The translations under genes were made by a program, and so were the position numbers. Positions 9,681 to 19,619 of a DNA stretch of 64,000 nucleotides are shown here, in pieces (the first letter of the stretch is position 1; the number at the start of each line of letters is the position of its first letter). Below the pieces are notes generated by a model. That model did not search any database. It saw only the letters and a list, made by a program, of their open reading frames with translations, and was not told where the DNA came from. The DNA comes from a virus (lineage: Duplodnaviria > Caudoviricetes): IMG/VR virus record IMGVR_UViG_3300025730_000007, positions 1-64,000 of that record. One strand, given 5' to 3'.

Positions 9681-10043
9681 ATGGAAGAACTGAAGGGCAA
9701 GTATGTTCTGCATACCAAGACAGGCAGACTCGGCAGGGTGTTGAAGGTGTATGCCGAGCGTGAGTTCATCGACCCGAACGGGGTGCCAATCAACGATGTT
9801 GTCGTGCAGTTCGACACGGGCGACGCGTTCTTGGCCCCCGAACCATCGGTGTTCTCGGTACTGACGGAGAAGGAGATCCAACTCTACAGCATCGCGAAGC
9901 AGTCAATCGTGGGAGCCGTGGTGGAGATTGCGGAGTGGGCCAAGGCTCACGACATGGACCTCGACCGCACGGCAGACATCCTCGTTCAAGTGCTCACCGA
10001 CCAGGCTACCGCCCTCCGCGCTTCCCCTTCTTCTGCTTCTTGA
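9681..10043 (+). CDS. Hypothetical protein (SH3-like N-terminus)
   Basis: GAGGAGG RBS then ATG at 9681. Confidence 0.7.
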   Translation: MEELKGKYVLHTKTGRLGRVLKVYAEREFIDPNGVPINDVVVQFDTGDAFLAPEPSVFSVLTEKEIQLYSIAKQSIVGAVVEIAEWAKAHDMDLDRTADILVQVLTDQATALRASPSSAS

Positions 10044-10222
10044 ACCACTCCACCAGAGCCAATCGCTTCTCGGCTTCGTCGCGAGTCAGGTCGTCAGCAC
10101 TCAGCGGCTTTCGCTCCTCACTCAACACTTGCCAACCCTTCGACGTTTTCACAATCATTCGCAGATACTAGCGCGTACGCGCGCACGGGGGCAAGGCGAC
10201 ACGGCATAACAGAGCAGGGACA

Positions 10223-10240
10223 CCGCAACACGTATTGCGG
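10223..10240 (+). repeat. 18-bp quasi-palindrome copy 4
   Basis: Intergenic. Confidence 0.98.
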
Positions 10241-10260
10241 TGCAACCAAGGAGGCGCAAC

Positions 10261-10614
10261 GTGGTTATCTGGCTCTCGAATGACTGTTACATCAAGGCCG
10301 ACGATGGCGTCTGCTTTGAACTGATGAAGCGCTACAAGCGCAAGAAGGGCGACAATGCGGGGGCATGGACGCAGAAGGCGCTCGGTTACTATGGCACTCT
10401 GGAACAAGCCCTCCACGGCGCATTGAACAAGGCAATCCTCAACAAGAAGGCGGAGGGCGATACGCGGGAGATGCTCGCCGCCATCCAGGCAATCGCCACC
10501 CGCATCACCGAGGCTGCTATGGGGGCCGTGACGGCTTCCCAAGCGGCGAACATCGAGGCATCCTTCACCCACGAGGAGATTGAGAATCTCCTCTTCTTTG
10601 AGGACGACCAATGA
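10261..10614 (+). CDS. Hypothetical protein
   Basis: AAGGAGG RBS then GTG at 10261. Confidence 0.65.
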   Translation: MVIWLSNDCYIKADDGVCFELMKRYKRKKGDNAGAWTQKALGYYGTLEQALHGALNKAILNKKAEGDTREMLAAIQAIATRITEAAMGAVTASQAANIEASFTHEEIENLLFFEDDQ

Positions 10615-10859
10615 CCATCAAAGTCTGGACTGAATGGGTGCCGAGGTGGGCTCCGCCGCACATCAAAGCCAAGCACGAGCCACGCTCGTTCTACATGGGA
10701 ATGCCCGAGGAGCAACGCATCGAATGCGAGTGCAAGTATTGCGGCGCAGTCTGGAAGTCGACTTGCACGAGTGGCAATGCTCGGCGGCATATCCAGAAGT
10801 TCGCCCTCGTACACTTGCACGGATACACACTCAAGGAGGCCACTGATGAGAAGGGTTGA
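10611..10859 (+). CDS. Small Cys/His-rich protein (possible Zn finger)
   Basis: CECKYCG...C...H...H; ATGA overlap. Confidence 0.65.
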   Translation: MTIKVWTEWVPRWAPPHIKAKHEPRSFYMGMPEEQRIECECKYCGAVWKSTCTSGNARRHIQKFALVHLHGYTLKEATDEKG

Positions 10860-11865
10860 AGCGGCAACACAGAGGCGCAAGCCGACCAAACAACGCAAGG
10901 CCAAGCGGGGGCCAAGCGAGGCCAAGAAGGAGGAGTGGAAGAACCGGAGCCGCGACCTGTTCGACGCTCTGGTGCAAGGGGTCAATGACACCGACCTCGA
11001 TACGTGGAAGTCGATGCTCGTGCGGCAGACCGACTTCATCGAGTATTCGTTCCTCAACACTTGCCTCATTGTGGCTCATTGGGAGGAACTGAAGCGGAGC
11101 GGCGTGGTCGATGGCGACATCACTGTAGTCGCCCCGCGTACTCGGTGGGCCAAGCGCAACCGCACCATCCGAGACGAGATGCGCCGCAATGGTCTGCCGA
11201 TCTTCGTTCCCATGCTGAAGCGCATCAAGGCCGAGACTGACGACGAGGACGAGACGGAGCGCCGGGTCCGGTTCTTCCGCATCCGTTGGGTCTACGACGT
11301 AACCCAGACTGAGGGGGAGGGAACCTGGGAGCGGCAACACCCCCGGCACGTCGGCGGCGACAGCGGCATTGCGGTTGAGTACGCGGAGCGGCTCATTGCC
11401 TACTTGCGCGACCGCAAGGGCATCACCGTCGAGGTGCGGCCCCTCGCTCTCACCGACCCCGTGGACATGGCCGTCCAAGGCTTCTGGTCGCCCGACAGGA
11501 GGCTCATTGTGGTCGGAACGCGTACGCGGGAGGGGGTGGCCCTCGACGAGCCTATGCGGCTCCGTATCCTGCTCCACGAGGCGGCTCACGCCTTGCTCGG
11601 GCATACCGCACAAACCACCCTCCCGGCCAAGGGGCTCCAAGAGGTCGAGGCGGAGTCGAGCGCCTATGTCGTTGGGAGCGCGATTGGCTTGGAGGCCGGC
11701 GACTACTCCTTCGGGTACGTGAAAGGGTGGTTGCAGACGTTGCCGGAAGACAAGCGAGGGCGGGAGTTGCTCGATACCGGAGGCAAGGTGGCAAGGGTTG
11801 CGCGGGAGTTGCTTGTCTCGGGGCTCAATGCATACGCCGACAGCGAGGCGGAGGACGGGGAATGA
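10846..11865 (+). CDS. ArdC-like ssDNA-binding domain fused to zincin (HExxH) metallopeptidase domain
   Basis: YSFLNTCLI...RW...R.I...GLPIFVP...F....VYDVTQTEG N-domain; LLHEAAH and EVEAESSAYVV C-domain. Confidence 0.85.
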   Translation: MRRVEAATQRRKPTKQRKAKRGPSEAKKEEWKNRSRDLFDALVQGVNDTDLDTWKSMLVRQTDFIEYSFLNTCLIVAHWEELKRSGVVDGDITVVAPRTRWAKRNRTIRDEMRRNGLPIFVPMLKRIKAETDDEDETERRVRFFRIRWVYDVTQTEGEGTWERQHPRHVGGDSGIAVEYAERLIAYLRDRKGITVEVRPLALTDPVDMAVQGFWSPDRRLIVVGTRTREGVALDEPMRLRILLHEAAHALLGHTAQTTLPAKGLQEVEAESSAYVVGSAIGLEAGDYSFGYVKGWLQTLPEDKRGRELLDTGGKVARVARELLVSGLNAYADSEAEDGE

Positions 11866-12311
11866 GGCGCTACAGACTGACGGCTCTGGGCCATGGGGAA
11901 CGGGTTGTCACGGCGAAGCGCTCCTACCGCGCACAATGCGTTGGAAAGCTCGCCGCCATTGCCGTCCCTACCGCCGAGATGATGCGGTTGTGGAATGAGT
12001 GCAACGGCAACCTTGAGGCGGTACTCGGCCCCATGCGGAACGCCCTCAACGATGCAGGGTACTCGGACCTCTTCATCCTCCCGGCGCAGACCACCCTCGT
12101 CGAGCTACACGAGATTGAGTCCAATGCCCCGGAGCGGAGCTTCGAGAAGATACTCGACCACAGAACCGCGCAACTGAAGCAGATGGTGGACGCTTCTAAG
12201 GCATTGCTCTCCAAGCTCCCCGGCGTCCTTGATACGCGAGACTTGTCAACCTCAGTCCATACGCTATCCTCTCTCATCACCCAGATTGAGGTGGAGGCAT
12301 GGGAGAGGTAG
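11862..12311 (+). CDS. Hypothetical protein
   Basis: GGAGG RBS, ATGA overlap. Confidence 0.65.
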   Translation: MRRYRLTALGHGERVVTAKRSYRAQCVGKLAAIAVPTAEMMRLWNECNGNLEAVLGPMRNALNDAGYSDLFILPAQTTLVELHEIESNAPERSFEKILDHRTAQLKQMVDASKALLSKLPGVLDTRDLSTSVHTLSSLITQIEVEAWER

Positions 12312-12610
12312 TGAAGCTCAAGCGGCAGGGGAACCCCCCGGCAGAACCAGGGGGGCAGACTCTTGCCTACGCGTATCGCATTGAGGTTGAAGGTGGCAAT
12401 GCTTTCAACGTGGTAGTCGAGCGCGACTTGGAGCTAGGGCTCTGGACGTGGCGAGCCTTCTCCCATGTCGGCCATGCGGCGGAGCCCACCGAAGACGGCA
12501 CATTCCCCAAGCTACTCCTCACTCTGCAAGAGGAGCCCTCCCTTCTCTACTCCACCCCCCAAGAGGCGCACGAAGCGGCGCGAACTACCATCCTCGCCTT
12601 CGGCACTTGA
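12299..12610 (+). CDS. Hypothetical protein
   Basis: ORF overlapping the previous gene end; typical codon usage. Confidence 0.55.
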   Translation: MGEVVKLKRQGNPPAEPGGQTLAYAYRIEVEGGNAFNVVVERDLELGLWTWRAFSHVGHAAEPTEDGTFPKLLLTLQEEPSLLYSTPQEAHEAARTTILAFGT

Positions 12611-12665
12611 TGCCCAATCCCCCCGTTGATACACTCCATCTCAATTCTACCTACGGAGCCCGCTG

Positions 12666-13331
12666 ATGACGCAATACATTCTGGGCAATAACGTCACGTT
12701 TCACAGCCAGCAACTTCAACTCGCAAGTGTGGTTGATTCGTCTCAATACGATATCGATTCGCTGCGAAGGGCGGGAGCCGTCTTGGTCAGGTTGCCGAAC
12801 CCGACGGTGGAAGCAAGAGCCGAGAAGATTCGCTCGTTGCAACGGGATGGTCGAAGTGATGCCGTAAAGGAGGCGTCGTTCAAAGCCGCTGTCGTCGACA
12901 GCATCGAGACGGTGAACGCTCCACTTGACGGCCAAGTCCTTTCGTGGAATGCGACGTTGCTTGCGTACGAGTGGGTGACCGCCGCGACGTTGCCGATTCC
13001 AGCCGGGGGAATCGAGACTATCAACGTTCCATCGGGGGGTCAGGTCATCTCGTGGAATGCAGGGGTTCTTGGTTATGAGTGGGTGTCTGTTGCAACGTTG
13101 CCAATCGCGGCTGCGAACGTGTCACTCGACACTACGAACTTCGACAAGGCGCTGACAGCGGCAGACAATACCGCGCAGAAGGTGGCGGATACGCTCGATG
13201 ACCAACCCGGTGTCTTGGCACTCACAACCGCACAACGAATCGCACTCCCATCCCCATTCGTGGGCCGTCCCGTCTACGACACGGACCTGAAGCGGCTCTA
13301 CATCTGGGATAGCTCATGGGTCGAGGTGTAG
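12666..13331 (+). CDS. Tail-fibre-like virion protein
   Basis: Two tandem GQV(L/I)SWNA...YEWV..ATLPI repeats and C-terminal VYDTD....W motif typical of fibre proteins. Confidence 0.65.
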   Translation: MTQYILGNNVTFHSQQLQLASVVDSSQYDIDSLRRAGAVLVRLPNPTVEARAEKIRSLQRDGRSDAVKEASFKAAVVDSIETVNAPLDGQVLSWNATLLAYEWVTAATLPIPAGGIETINVPSGGQVISWNAGVLGYEWVSVATLPIAAANVSLDTTNFDKALTAADNTAQKVADTLDDQPGVLALTTAQRIALPSPFVGRPVYDTDLKRLYIWDSSWVEV

Positions 13332-13334
13332 AAC

Positions 13335-13676
13335 ATGGATATCACAACGAAGTACGCAATTGGGGATGTCACCTACGTCGTAGTCAACGAGAAGGAAACG
13401 ATGCCGGTCACGTGCGCAATCTGTTCGTCAACAGGCAAGGTGACAATCGGAGGAACCGAGTTCACCTGTCCTGCTTGTGGGGGACGGCGCGAAGCGACGG
13501 GGCAAAGGATTGACGTCGTGCATTCGTTCACAATCTCCCGCGTCGTTGCGATGAAGTGCGACGGGAATTGTCAAGTGCGTTACGCGGGGAAGCTCGACAA
13601 CGGGAAGGACTTCTTCGTCGTCGAGTCCAAGGTCTACGCAACCCAAGCCGAAGCCAACGCGGCGATTGGAGGGTAG
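13335..13676 (+). CDS. Small protein with CxxC..CxxCGG Zn-finger
   Basis: CAICSSTG...CPACGG. Confidence 0.7.
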   Translation: MDITTKYAIGDVTYVVVNEKETMPVTCAICSSTGKVTIGGTEFTCPACGGRREATGQRIDVVHSFTISRVVAMKCDGNCQVRYAGKLDNGKDFFVVESKVYATQAEANAAIGG

Positions 13677-13678
13677 TC

Positions 13679-15046
13679 ATGGCAAGCCCCTATGATTGGG
13701 GGGTTGCACAACCCCCGACCGCGACCGTCGATGGTCAATTGCACGTCGACGACCTTCTACGTGTCTGGGAGTGGTCGCAAGCGACAGCAACGTGGAATCG
13801 CAAACAAGGCTACGACTTCGCCAAGGTGCGGAGTCTGCACTTGCTCATCAGCGGCGTTTCGGTCGCCAATGACGTGTTCCAATACGGACGCCGCACGGCT
13901 GAGTTCGGAACCTTGTGGGATGAAGCGTTCAAGCTCGCATTCGTCGAGGTCACTGACCGCTGGACCGGAGCCGTTCTCGGGCGTCGAGCACACATGACCA
14001 AAGCAGAACTCATGCTCTGGCTTCCCACGGTCGTTCCGGTGTCAGGTGGCCGATACAATTCCGACCCCGTTCTGCACGTCTACGAGGTCATCAACCCCGC
14101 ACTGAATGCTACCCGCATCAACGCGTGGAACGGGCTCTACGGGTCATTCAGAGGTCGGGATTGTTACATTGGAAGCAATGGCTTCGGTCGCCCCGGATTG
14201 CCCCCTCGCGCGGGATACTGCGACGAGTTCGCCAGCTACCACGGAACCAACCTCGACCTTCGCCTCGTGCAATACTTCTTCGGAGCGGTTCCCGCTACGT
14301 CGGAGAGGCGTGTTTGCTGGATGGCGAACAACAAGAGGTCGCTGTATCGCTTTCCCGTCCAAACGGGGCGAATCATCATCAACCCTTCGCCGGGGACTGG
14401 GCGATACGTCTACAACACAGTGACCCTCGCGTGGGAACCGTGCCCCGCTGGAAGCGAGTTCGAGTTCTATCCGGGGCGCGAACCGGCGTTCATCTACCGA
14501 ACCCCTGATGGTGTGACGTTGACGGTCACTAACCCCCCTGATGCCACGCTGGGACTCGAAGCGGTCTTTGGCGAAGGTTGGGAAGGGCGGGAGATGATGG
14601 TTGCGTATCCCGTTCGGGATGCAAGCGCTCCGACCAAGGTGGCATTCCACATCAAGCCCTATGGCATCACGAAGGCTGCGATGGTGTTTGGCTTGGAGGT
14701 CACGCTCGCCAACTATGATGCTGTCGTGGTTGGGAAGTTCGATGCTCAGCCACGAGACGACGTGTTCTATGTGCCAACGGTTGTGAGCGGTTGGGTGGAA
14801 CAACGCGAAGCCGGGGATGGTATTCGCTTCGGCAAGCTACTCAACATCATCGCCCAACTCACTCGTCCACGGCAGAACGGAGTGCCAGAGAATACGTCGC
14901 TCGACAGCGCTTGCACGCCAGACCGTGTTCACTTCTACGTTCGGCACAAGCAGACTGGATTGAGGGGTGAGTACAGCCGAGCCCACATTGCAGCGTTGCG
15001 ACGCAAGAACACCATCCCATTCTGCTACATACTCAACCACGCTTGA
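13679..15046 (+). CDS. Hypothetical protein, probably virion-associated
   Basis: GGAGGG RBS then ATG at 13679; 455 aa; inside fibre module. Confidence 0.6.
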   Translation: MASPYDWGVAQPPTATVDGQLHVDDLLRVWEWSQATATWNRKQGYDFAKVRSLHLLISGVSVANDVFQYGRRTAEFGTLWDEAFKLAFVEVTDRWTGAVLGRRAHMTKAELMLWLPTVVPVSGGRYNSDPVLHVYEVINPALNATRINAWNGLYGSFRGRDCYIGSNGFGRPGLPPRAGYCDEFASYHGTNLDLRLVQYFFGAVPATSERRVCWMANNKRSLYRFPVQTGRIIINPSPGTGRYVYNTVTLAWEPCPAGSEFEFYPGREPAFIYRTPDGVTLTVTNPPDATLGLEAVFGEGWEGREMMVAYPVRDASAPTKVAFHIKPYGITKAAMVFGLEVTLANYDAVVVGKFDAQPRDDVFYVPTVVSGWVEQREAGDGIRFGKLLNIIAQLTRPRQNGVPENTSLDSACTPDRVHFYVRHKQTGLRGEYSRAHIAALRRKNTIPFCYILNHA

Positions 15047-15070
15047 CACTCGGGCGCAGTTGAGTAGACT
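15043..15070 (+). promoter_or_regulatory. Sigma70-like promoter TTGACA-N16-TAGACT
   Basis: Near-consensus hexamers directly upstream of the tandem-repeat non-coding region. Confidence 0.55.
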
Positions 15071-15076
15071 CGCCTT

Positions 15077-15181
15077 CATGGACCCTTAGCCTCGGTGGGT
15101 CTGAGAACATGGTCCCCTGGCCTCGGTGGGACCGAGAACATGGTCCCCTGGCCTCGGTGGGACCGAGAATGAGCCCCTAGC
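15077..15181. repeat. 31-bp tandem repeat (about 3 copies) GCCTCGGTGGGACCGAGAACATGGTCCCCTG
   Basis: Units start at 15089, 15120, 15151 with degenerate flanks; each contains hairpin CTCGGT-GGG-ACCGAG. Confidence 0.95.
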
Positions 15182-15392
15182 CCCTAAAGGACAAGGGGCT
15201 CAACCCAACCTGCTCAGCGAGGAGAGATTCTCGCTGTGAACCCCGCGACGGAGTAAGCCCCCCCACCCTCGCGGGGTTCCCCTTTTGAGGGGGTCTAGCA
15301 GCCTCCAGGGAGGCTCGACGGGGTTGCCCCCTTGCCCCCGGCCCCCATGCTACCCCCGAGCCCGTTATGGGCCGACTATGTGGCCCCAACCA

Positions 15393-15410
15393 CCGCAACA
15401 CGTATTGCGG
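15393..15410 (+). repeat. 18-bp quasi-palindrome copy 5
   Basis: Intergenic, upstream of a promoter. Confidence 0.98.
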
Positions 15411-15422
15411 CGGAAGCTCGCC

Positions 15423-15451
15423 TTGAGCGGCTTGCCCCGGCCTGATATAGT
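15423..15451 (+). promoter_or_regulatory. Sigma70-like promoter TTGAGC-N17-TATAGT (likely leaderless mRNA)
   Basis: -10 ends just before ATG 15458, which lacks an SD. Confidence 0.5.
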
Positions 15452-15457
15452 CCCGCC

Positions 15458-16423
15458 ATGCCTCCAGTCGCACTCCCCACCATCAATCAAGGGGCTCTGC
15501 CCCCCGGCGTCCCCGGCCAGAGCCGAGACGACCTCGTTCTCGGCTTTCCGGTCGTCGTCAGTGACGCCGGCCCCGGCCCGACCCGTGCGTGGCAATTGCT
15601 CGACAAGCCCGATGGGTCGGCAGCGGTACTGAGCAGCGGCTCGGGGCCATCCACCCAATTCACCCCCGACATCGAAGGCACCTATCGCATCCAACTCATC
15701 GTCAATGGGGGGCCGACTGACGATCACATCGCCTACGTCGGAGCAGGGGTGCAGATTGACTTGCCGACATGGGTGGTAGGCGACGGGCAGAAGGTGCGAA
15801 TCCCGGCATGGGGGGAGCGGCTCGACTTCAACGTCAAGTCCAGTCCCGGCTCGGGGGTGAATACGCGCGGATGGGCATACGAGGTCAATCAGTTCTTCCG
15901 CGTCATTGCCAAGCAAGGCTTCGGCTTCTTGGTCAAGCTCTCCGGGGCTCCCGTTGGTTCTCAGCCGTTCAAGACAATCAACTTCCTCGGCGGGACAGCG
16001 GTGGATGCCGGGGGAGGTCAACTCGACTACACCCCTTCCGGGGGAGGGCCGAGCAATCAATTGCTCTACACTGGTTCAACCGGGGTGGTTGGCCCGACTG
16101 AGATATACATCGGCGGAGTCCCCGGTTCGCGCAAGTCGTTGTCGGGGCCGAATACCGTGCTCATGTGCGAGAGCATGGTGGTCTGCAAGAACAACGGTGG
16201 AACCCTCATTGCGGCTTGGCGCATCATGGGGGCATGGCGCAGAGACGGCTTCGGCAATGCCACCCTCATCAACCAAGTGAAAGAGGTGCTAGCGAATGAG
16301 CTAGCGGTCGACTTCAACTACGGAGCAACGGGGGGCGACATTCAGTTGCTCGCCACGGGGCTCGGCTCAACATTGCACTGGTCAGCGCAACTCGCGTTCG
16401 TTGAAAACAGCATCGTGATCTGA
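15458..16423 (+). CDS. Virion structural protein with Ig/PKD-like N-domain
   Basis: WQLLDKPDGSAAVLS...FTPDIEGTYRIQLIVN pattern. Confidence 0.7.
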   Translation: MPPVALPTINQGALPPGVPGQSRDDLVLGFPVVVSDAGPGPTRAWQLLDKPDGSAAVLSSGSGPSTQFTPDIEGTYRIQLIVNGGPTDDHIAYVGAGVQIDLPTWVVGDGQKVRIPAWGERLDFNVKSSPGSGVNTRGWAYEVNQFFRVIAKQGFGFLVKLSGAPVGSQPFKTINFLGGTAVDAGGGQLDYTPSGGGPSNQLLYTGSTGVVGPTEIYIGGVPGSRKSLSGPNTVLMCESMVVCKNNGGTLIAAWRIMGAWRRDGFGNATLINQVKEVLANELAVDFNYGATGGDIQLLATGLGSTLHWSAQLAFVENSIVI

Positions 16424-16433
16424 GGAGTAAAAG

Positions 16434-19400
16434 ATGAGCGTCAATATCGACTACACTGGTTCAAACGGACCCGCGTTCTTGGAGGGCATTGAGGCTCCCA
16501 GGATCGACGAGACTACTATGGGCGGCGGAACCTATATGGCGCAGGATGCGCTCATCTACGGTGCAAGCGGCCCTCGGGTGAAGCATGTTACCGGCGCAGT
16601 TCACATCAGGAACAACGCCGACGACGACTTCGCCGACTTGAGGGCAAACTCCCTCATCCTCGACGGCGACCTCACCGTCAATGGTACCCAGACCATCATC
16701 GACACAACGACCCTCAGTGTCGAAGATCCGACCATCGAGGTCGCCCGCAACCAAGCAGACCCTCCGACGCTCGATGCGGGGCTCATCGTGCAACGCGGGG
16801 GAGTGGTTCCCAACGCGCAACTCCTCTGGGACGAGAGTGAGGGCTACTGGACCCACGGCATCGTCGGCACCATGAAGCGAATGGGCGACCTCGTGGACCC
16901 GACAACCACGCAAGGCGACCTCATCGTGCGCGGGGCGAGTGCCATTCAACGTCTCGGCATCGGGACGGCGGGTCAGGTACTCACCGTCAATGGCACGGCG
17001 ACAGGCTACGTCTTCAGCACTCCGACCGGAACGGTGCCGAATGGCACGTTGGCCTATCAGCACTTGGAGTGGAATGGAGCGGCTTGGGTGGCAGTCGCGG
17101 ACCACAAGCTCCCAACGGGCTCGTATTCGTACGGGCAAGAGGGAGCGGCAGACTCCAGCGCAAGCGTTCTCGGCATCGCTGGAGCGGCATCCACCGGAGC
17201 AGGGAATCAGGGTGGTACAGTCACCATCACTGGTGGAGCGAATACCAACGTTGCCGGGGGTCAGGGTGGCGTGCTCAATCTCTTGGGTGGCCCCGGAGTC
17301 TTCGGTGGGGCTCATGGTGGGGAGGCTCAACTCAAGGGTGGATCTTCCACGACCGGCAATGGCGCGGCAGTCGCGCTGAGTGGTGGTGATGCCGGTACGA
17401 CCGGCGATGGCGGCGACGTCTTCATCTATGGTGGTCATTCGGCAAGCGGCACGAAGGGGACTGTGCGGTTCTACAACCCCCTTGATGTCGAGTACGTCAA
17501 TGTCTCGTTCGACTCAAGCTCGACCGCTCCAGGGGGTGGCACCCGAATCGTCACTGGCCTTGTGTTCACGGACAGTTGCGACGGTTCCACCATGATTACT
17601 TGCGAGGATTCTCCTGCCGGGAGTGGAGGAACCGACATTCGGCTGTTCGCGGGTGAGGCGGGAAGCGAAGCGGACGGTGGCGACCTGGAGTTGCAAGCGA
17701 CTTGGGGTGGAGCTTCCACTGGCACCTTCCCAGGAGGAGGCGGTGGAAGCATCACCATCTGGGCCGGTTCGGGTGGAGCCGGTTCTGGTGCGCAAGCTCC
17801 CGGTGATGGGGGGTGGGTCTATCTAATTGCGGGGTACGGCGGAAGCGGCGGAACCGGCAATTCGGACGGCGGTCACATCGAGATTCGCCCCGCAACCGGA
17901 CAAGGCACGGGAGCCCATGGTGCGGCTCGGTTGGGCTTGAGCACTATGGCGAATCCAACGTTGTTGTTCGTCTCGACGGACCATACCAACCCAACGACGG
18001 TGAATGGTCCCGGTTTGCGCTACAACTCAGCCACGAACGCCGTTGAGGTTTGCAGCGATGGGGCCGGGACTTGGGCCGCAATCAGCAGCGGGACCGTCTT
18101 GCCTTCCCCCATCGCGTACGGGCATCTCGAAGGCAACGCGGGAGGCTCGGCATGGACCACGGTCAGCGACATCACCCTTCCCGGTGACGCTGACCGTACT
18201 ATCACGATGCCAACCGCTTCGGCGTCTTCTGGCAATGACCTCACTGTCGAAGCGCAAACCGGGGGCGATGGAGGTCAGTACAATGGCGGTGACATCGCAC
18301 TGAACGCTGGAGCGGCGGGAGCACCCGCCCCGACCGGAAAAGCCGGTAACGGGGGTCGCGCAACCGTGCATGGTGGCAATGGCGGAACGGTCAGCGGGAC
18401 CAACACGAACAAGGGTGGAGGAGGCGGCGACCTGTCACTTCTGGCTGCGACAGGAGGCAACGACACGACCTCTGGTGGCGCTGGAGGCGGCGCTGGAGGA
18501 TGGGCTGAACTCCGAGGAGGCGACGGAGGGTTCTCCAACAATGGTACGGGGGGACAAGGAGGCGGAATTACGGTGCAAGCCGGTCAAGGCGGGAGCGGTG
18601 TAACAGGAGGGCAAGGTGGTGAACTCGTCCTCAGAGGCGGAACGGGACTTGGGGCCGCTCTCGGCGGAGACGTGATTGTTCGTGGTGGGGTGGGCGATTC
18701 TGGCAACGGCGGTCATGTCTACCTACGAGGTGGATTGTCGTTGAGTGGAACCAACGGTGACGTCATCATTGGTGACCAGTGGACGACACGTGTTGAAGTT
18801 GGCGGAACGTCTTCTGTCGAGTACCAACTTCAAGCCAACACGAGCAACCGGCTCATCACTGGCGCTGACGGCAACACCATCGTGATGGACGGTGATACGT
18901 CGCATTGGATTCTGGTCGCGGCCCCGACCTCGGCTGGCAATGGTGACGTCCTTCGCATTGGCGCGGGAGCCGGGAATGGTGCGGCGAACAACGGTGGTGA
19001 CTTGTACCTTGAAGCGGGAGAAGGAGGGACGTCGGGAATCGACGGCACGGTTCATCTCGCTGCGACCTACGGGTACAACATTCACGCGGGAGCCCCGATT
19101 CAGCAATACCTTGGTTCGTCGACTACCTACGTTCACCATGTTGCCATCTACTTGGGTTCGACGACGGCGGCGAACACGTGGACAGAGATCTACCAGACGG
19201 GAACGCGTCGGTTCGAGATGGTGGACAACCAAGTCGTGGTTGCCGACATCATCGTTTCTGCTCGCGTGAACAACGTCGTTGCGGCGTACAAGTACAAGGC
19301 TGTCATCACGCGCGACAATGGCGTTGCGTCAGTCGTGGTCGAGAACACCATCAAGGAAACGCTGTTCAACAACATCGGTGCCAATACGGACTTCCGCGTT

Positions 19401-19514
19401 ACTGCCGACACCACGAATGGCACCTTCAAGGTCGAGGTCAAGAGCAACACTGCGACGCAAACGAACTGGACTGTCGGCGTACGCGCGACTTCGACGGTCG
19501 GCATCGTTGCCTAG
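16434..19514 (+). CDS. Long glycine-rich tail fibre / adhesin
   Basis: GDLTVNGTQTIIDTTTLSVED...DAGLIVQRG, GQVLTVN motifs, many GGDxxIxGG repeats; 1026 aa. Confidence 0.85.
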   Translation: MSVNIDYTGSNGPAFLEGIEAPRIDETTMGGGTYMAQDALIYGASGPRVKHVTGAVHIRNNADDDFADLRANSLILDGDLTVNGTQTIIDTTTLSVEDPTIEVARNQADPPTLDAGLIVQRGGVVPNAQLLWDESEGYWTHGIVGTMKRMGDLVDPTTTQGDLIVRGASAIQRLGIGTAGQVLTVNGTATGYVFSTPTGTVPNGTLAYQHLEWNGAAWVAVADHKLPTGSYSYGQEGAADSSASVLGIAGAASTGAGNQGGTVTITGGANTNVAGGQGGVLNLLGGPGVFGGAHGGEAQLKGGSSTTGNGAAVALSGGDAGTTGDGGDVFIYGGHSASGTKGTVRFYNPLDVEYVNVSFDSSSTAPGGGTRIVTGLVFTDSCDGSTMITCEDSPAGSGGTDIRLFAGEAGSEADGGDLELQATWGGASTGTFPGGGGGSITIWAGSGGAGSGAQAPGDGGWVYLIAGYGGSGGTGNSDGGHIEIRPATGQGTGAHGAARLGLSTMANPTLLFVSTDHTNPTTVNGPGLRYNSATNAVEVCSDGAGTWAAISSGTVLPSPIAYGHLEGNAGGSAWTTVSDITLPGDADRTITMPTASASSGNDLTVEAQTGGDGGQYNGGDIALNAGAAGAPAPTGKAGNGGRATVHGGNGGTVSGTNTNKGGGGGDLSLLAATGGNDTTSGGAGGGAGGWAELRGGDGGFSNNGTGGQGGGITVQAGQGGSGVTGGQGGELVLRGGTGLGAALGGDVIVRGGVGDSGNGGHVYLRGGLSLSGTNGDVIIGDQWTTRVEVGGTSSVEYQLQANTSNRLITGADGNTIVMDGDTSHWILVAAPTSAGNGDVLRIGAGAGNGAANNGGDLYLEAGEGGTSGIDGTVHLAATYGYNIHAGAPIQQYLGSSTTYVHHVAIYLGSTTAANTWTEIYQTGTRRFEMVDNQVVVADIIVSARVNNVVAAYKYKAVITRDNGVASVVVENTIKETLFNNIGANTDFRVTADTTNGTFKVEVKSNTATQTNWTVGVRATSTVGIVA

Positions 19515-19566
19515 TCACTTCCCCCCTTCTGCGGCATAACCCTATCTGCTAGTATCCCCAACCCTG

Positions 19567-19584
19567 CCGCAATACGTGTTGCGG
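19567..19584 (-). repeat. 18-bp quasi-palindrome copy 6 (reverse orientation)
   Basis: Intergenic; stem extended to CCTGCCGCAA/TTGCGGCAGG. Confidence 0.98.
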
Positions 19585-19619
19585 CAGGGACAACCACGTC
19601 TGCACAACAGAGGTGAACA

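Noticed and set aside
15077-15181. Possible mini-CRISPR array
   Set aside because: Intervening sequences are identical (a tandem repeat) with no unique spacers, and no cas genes are present.
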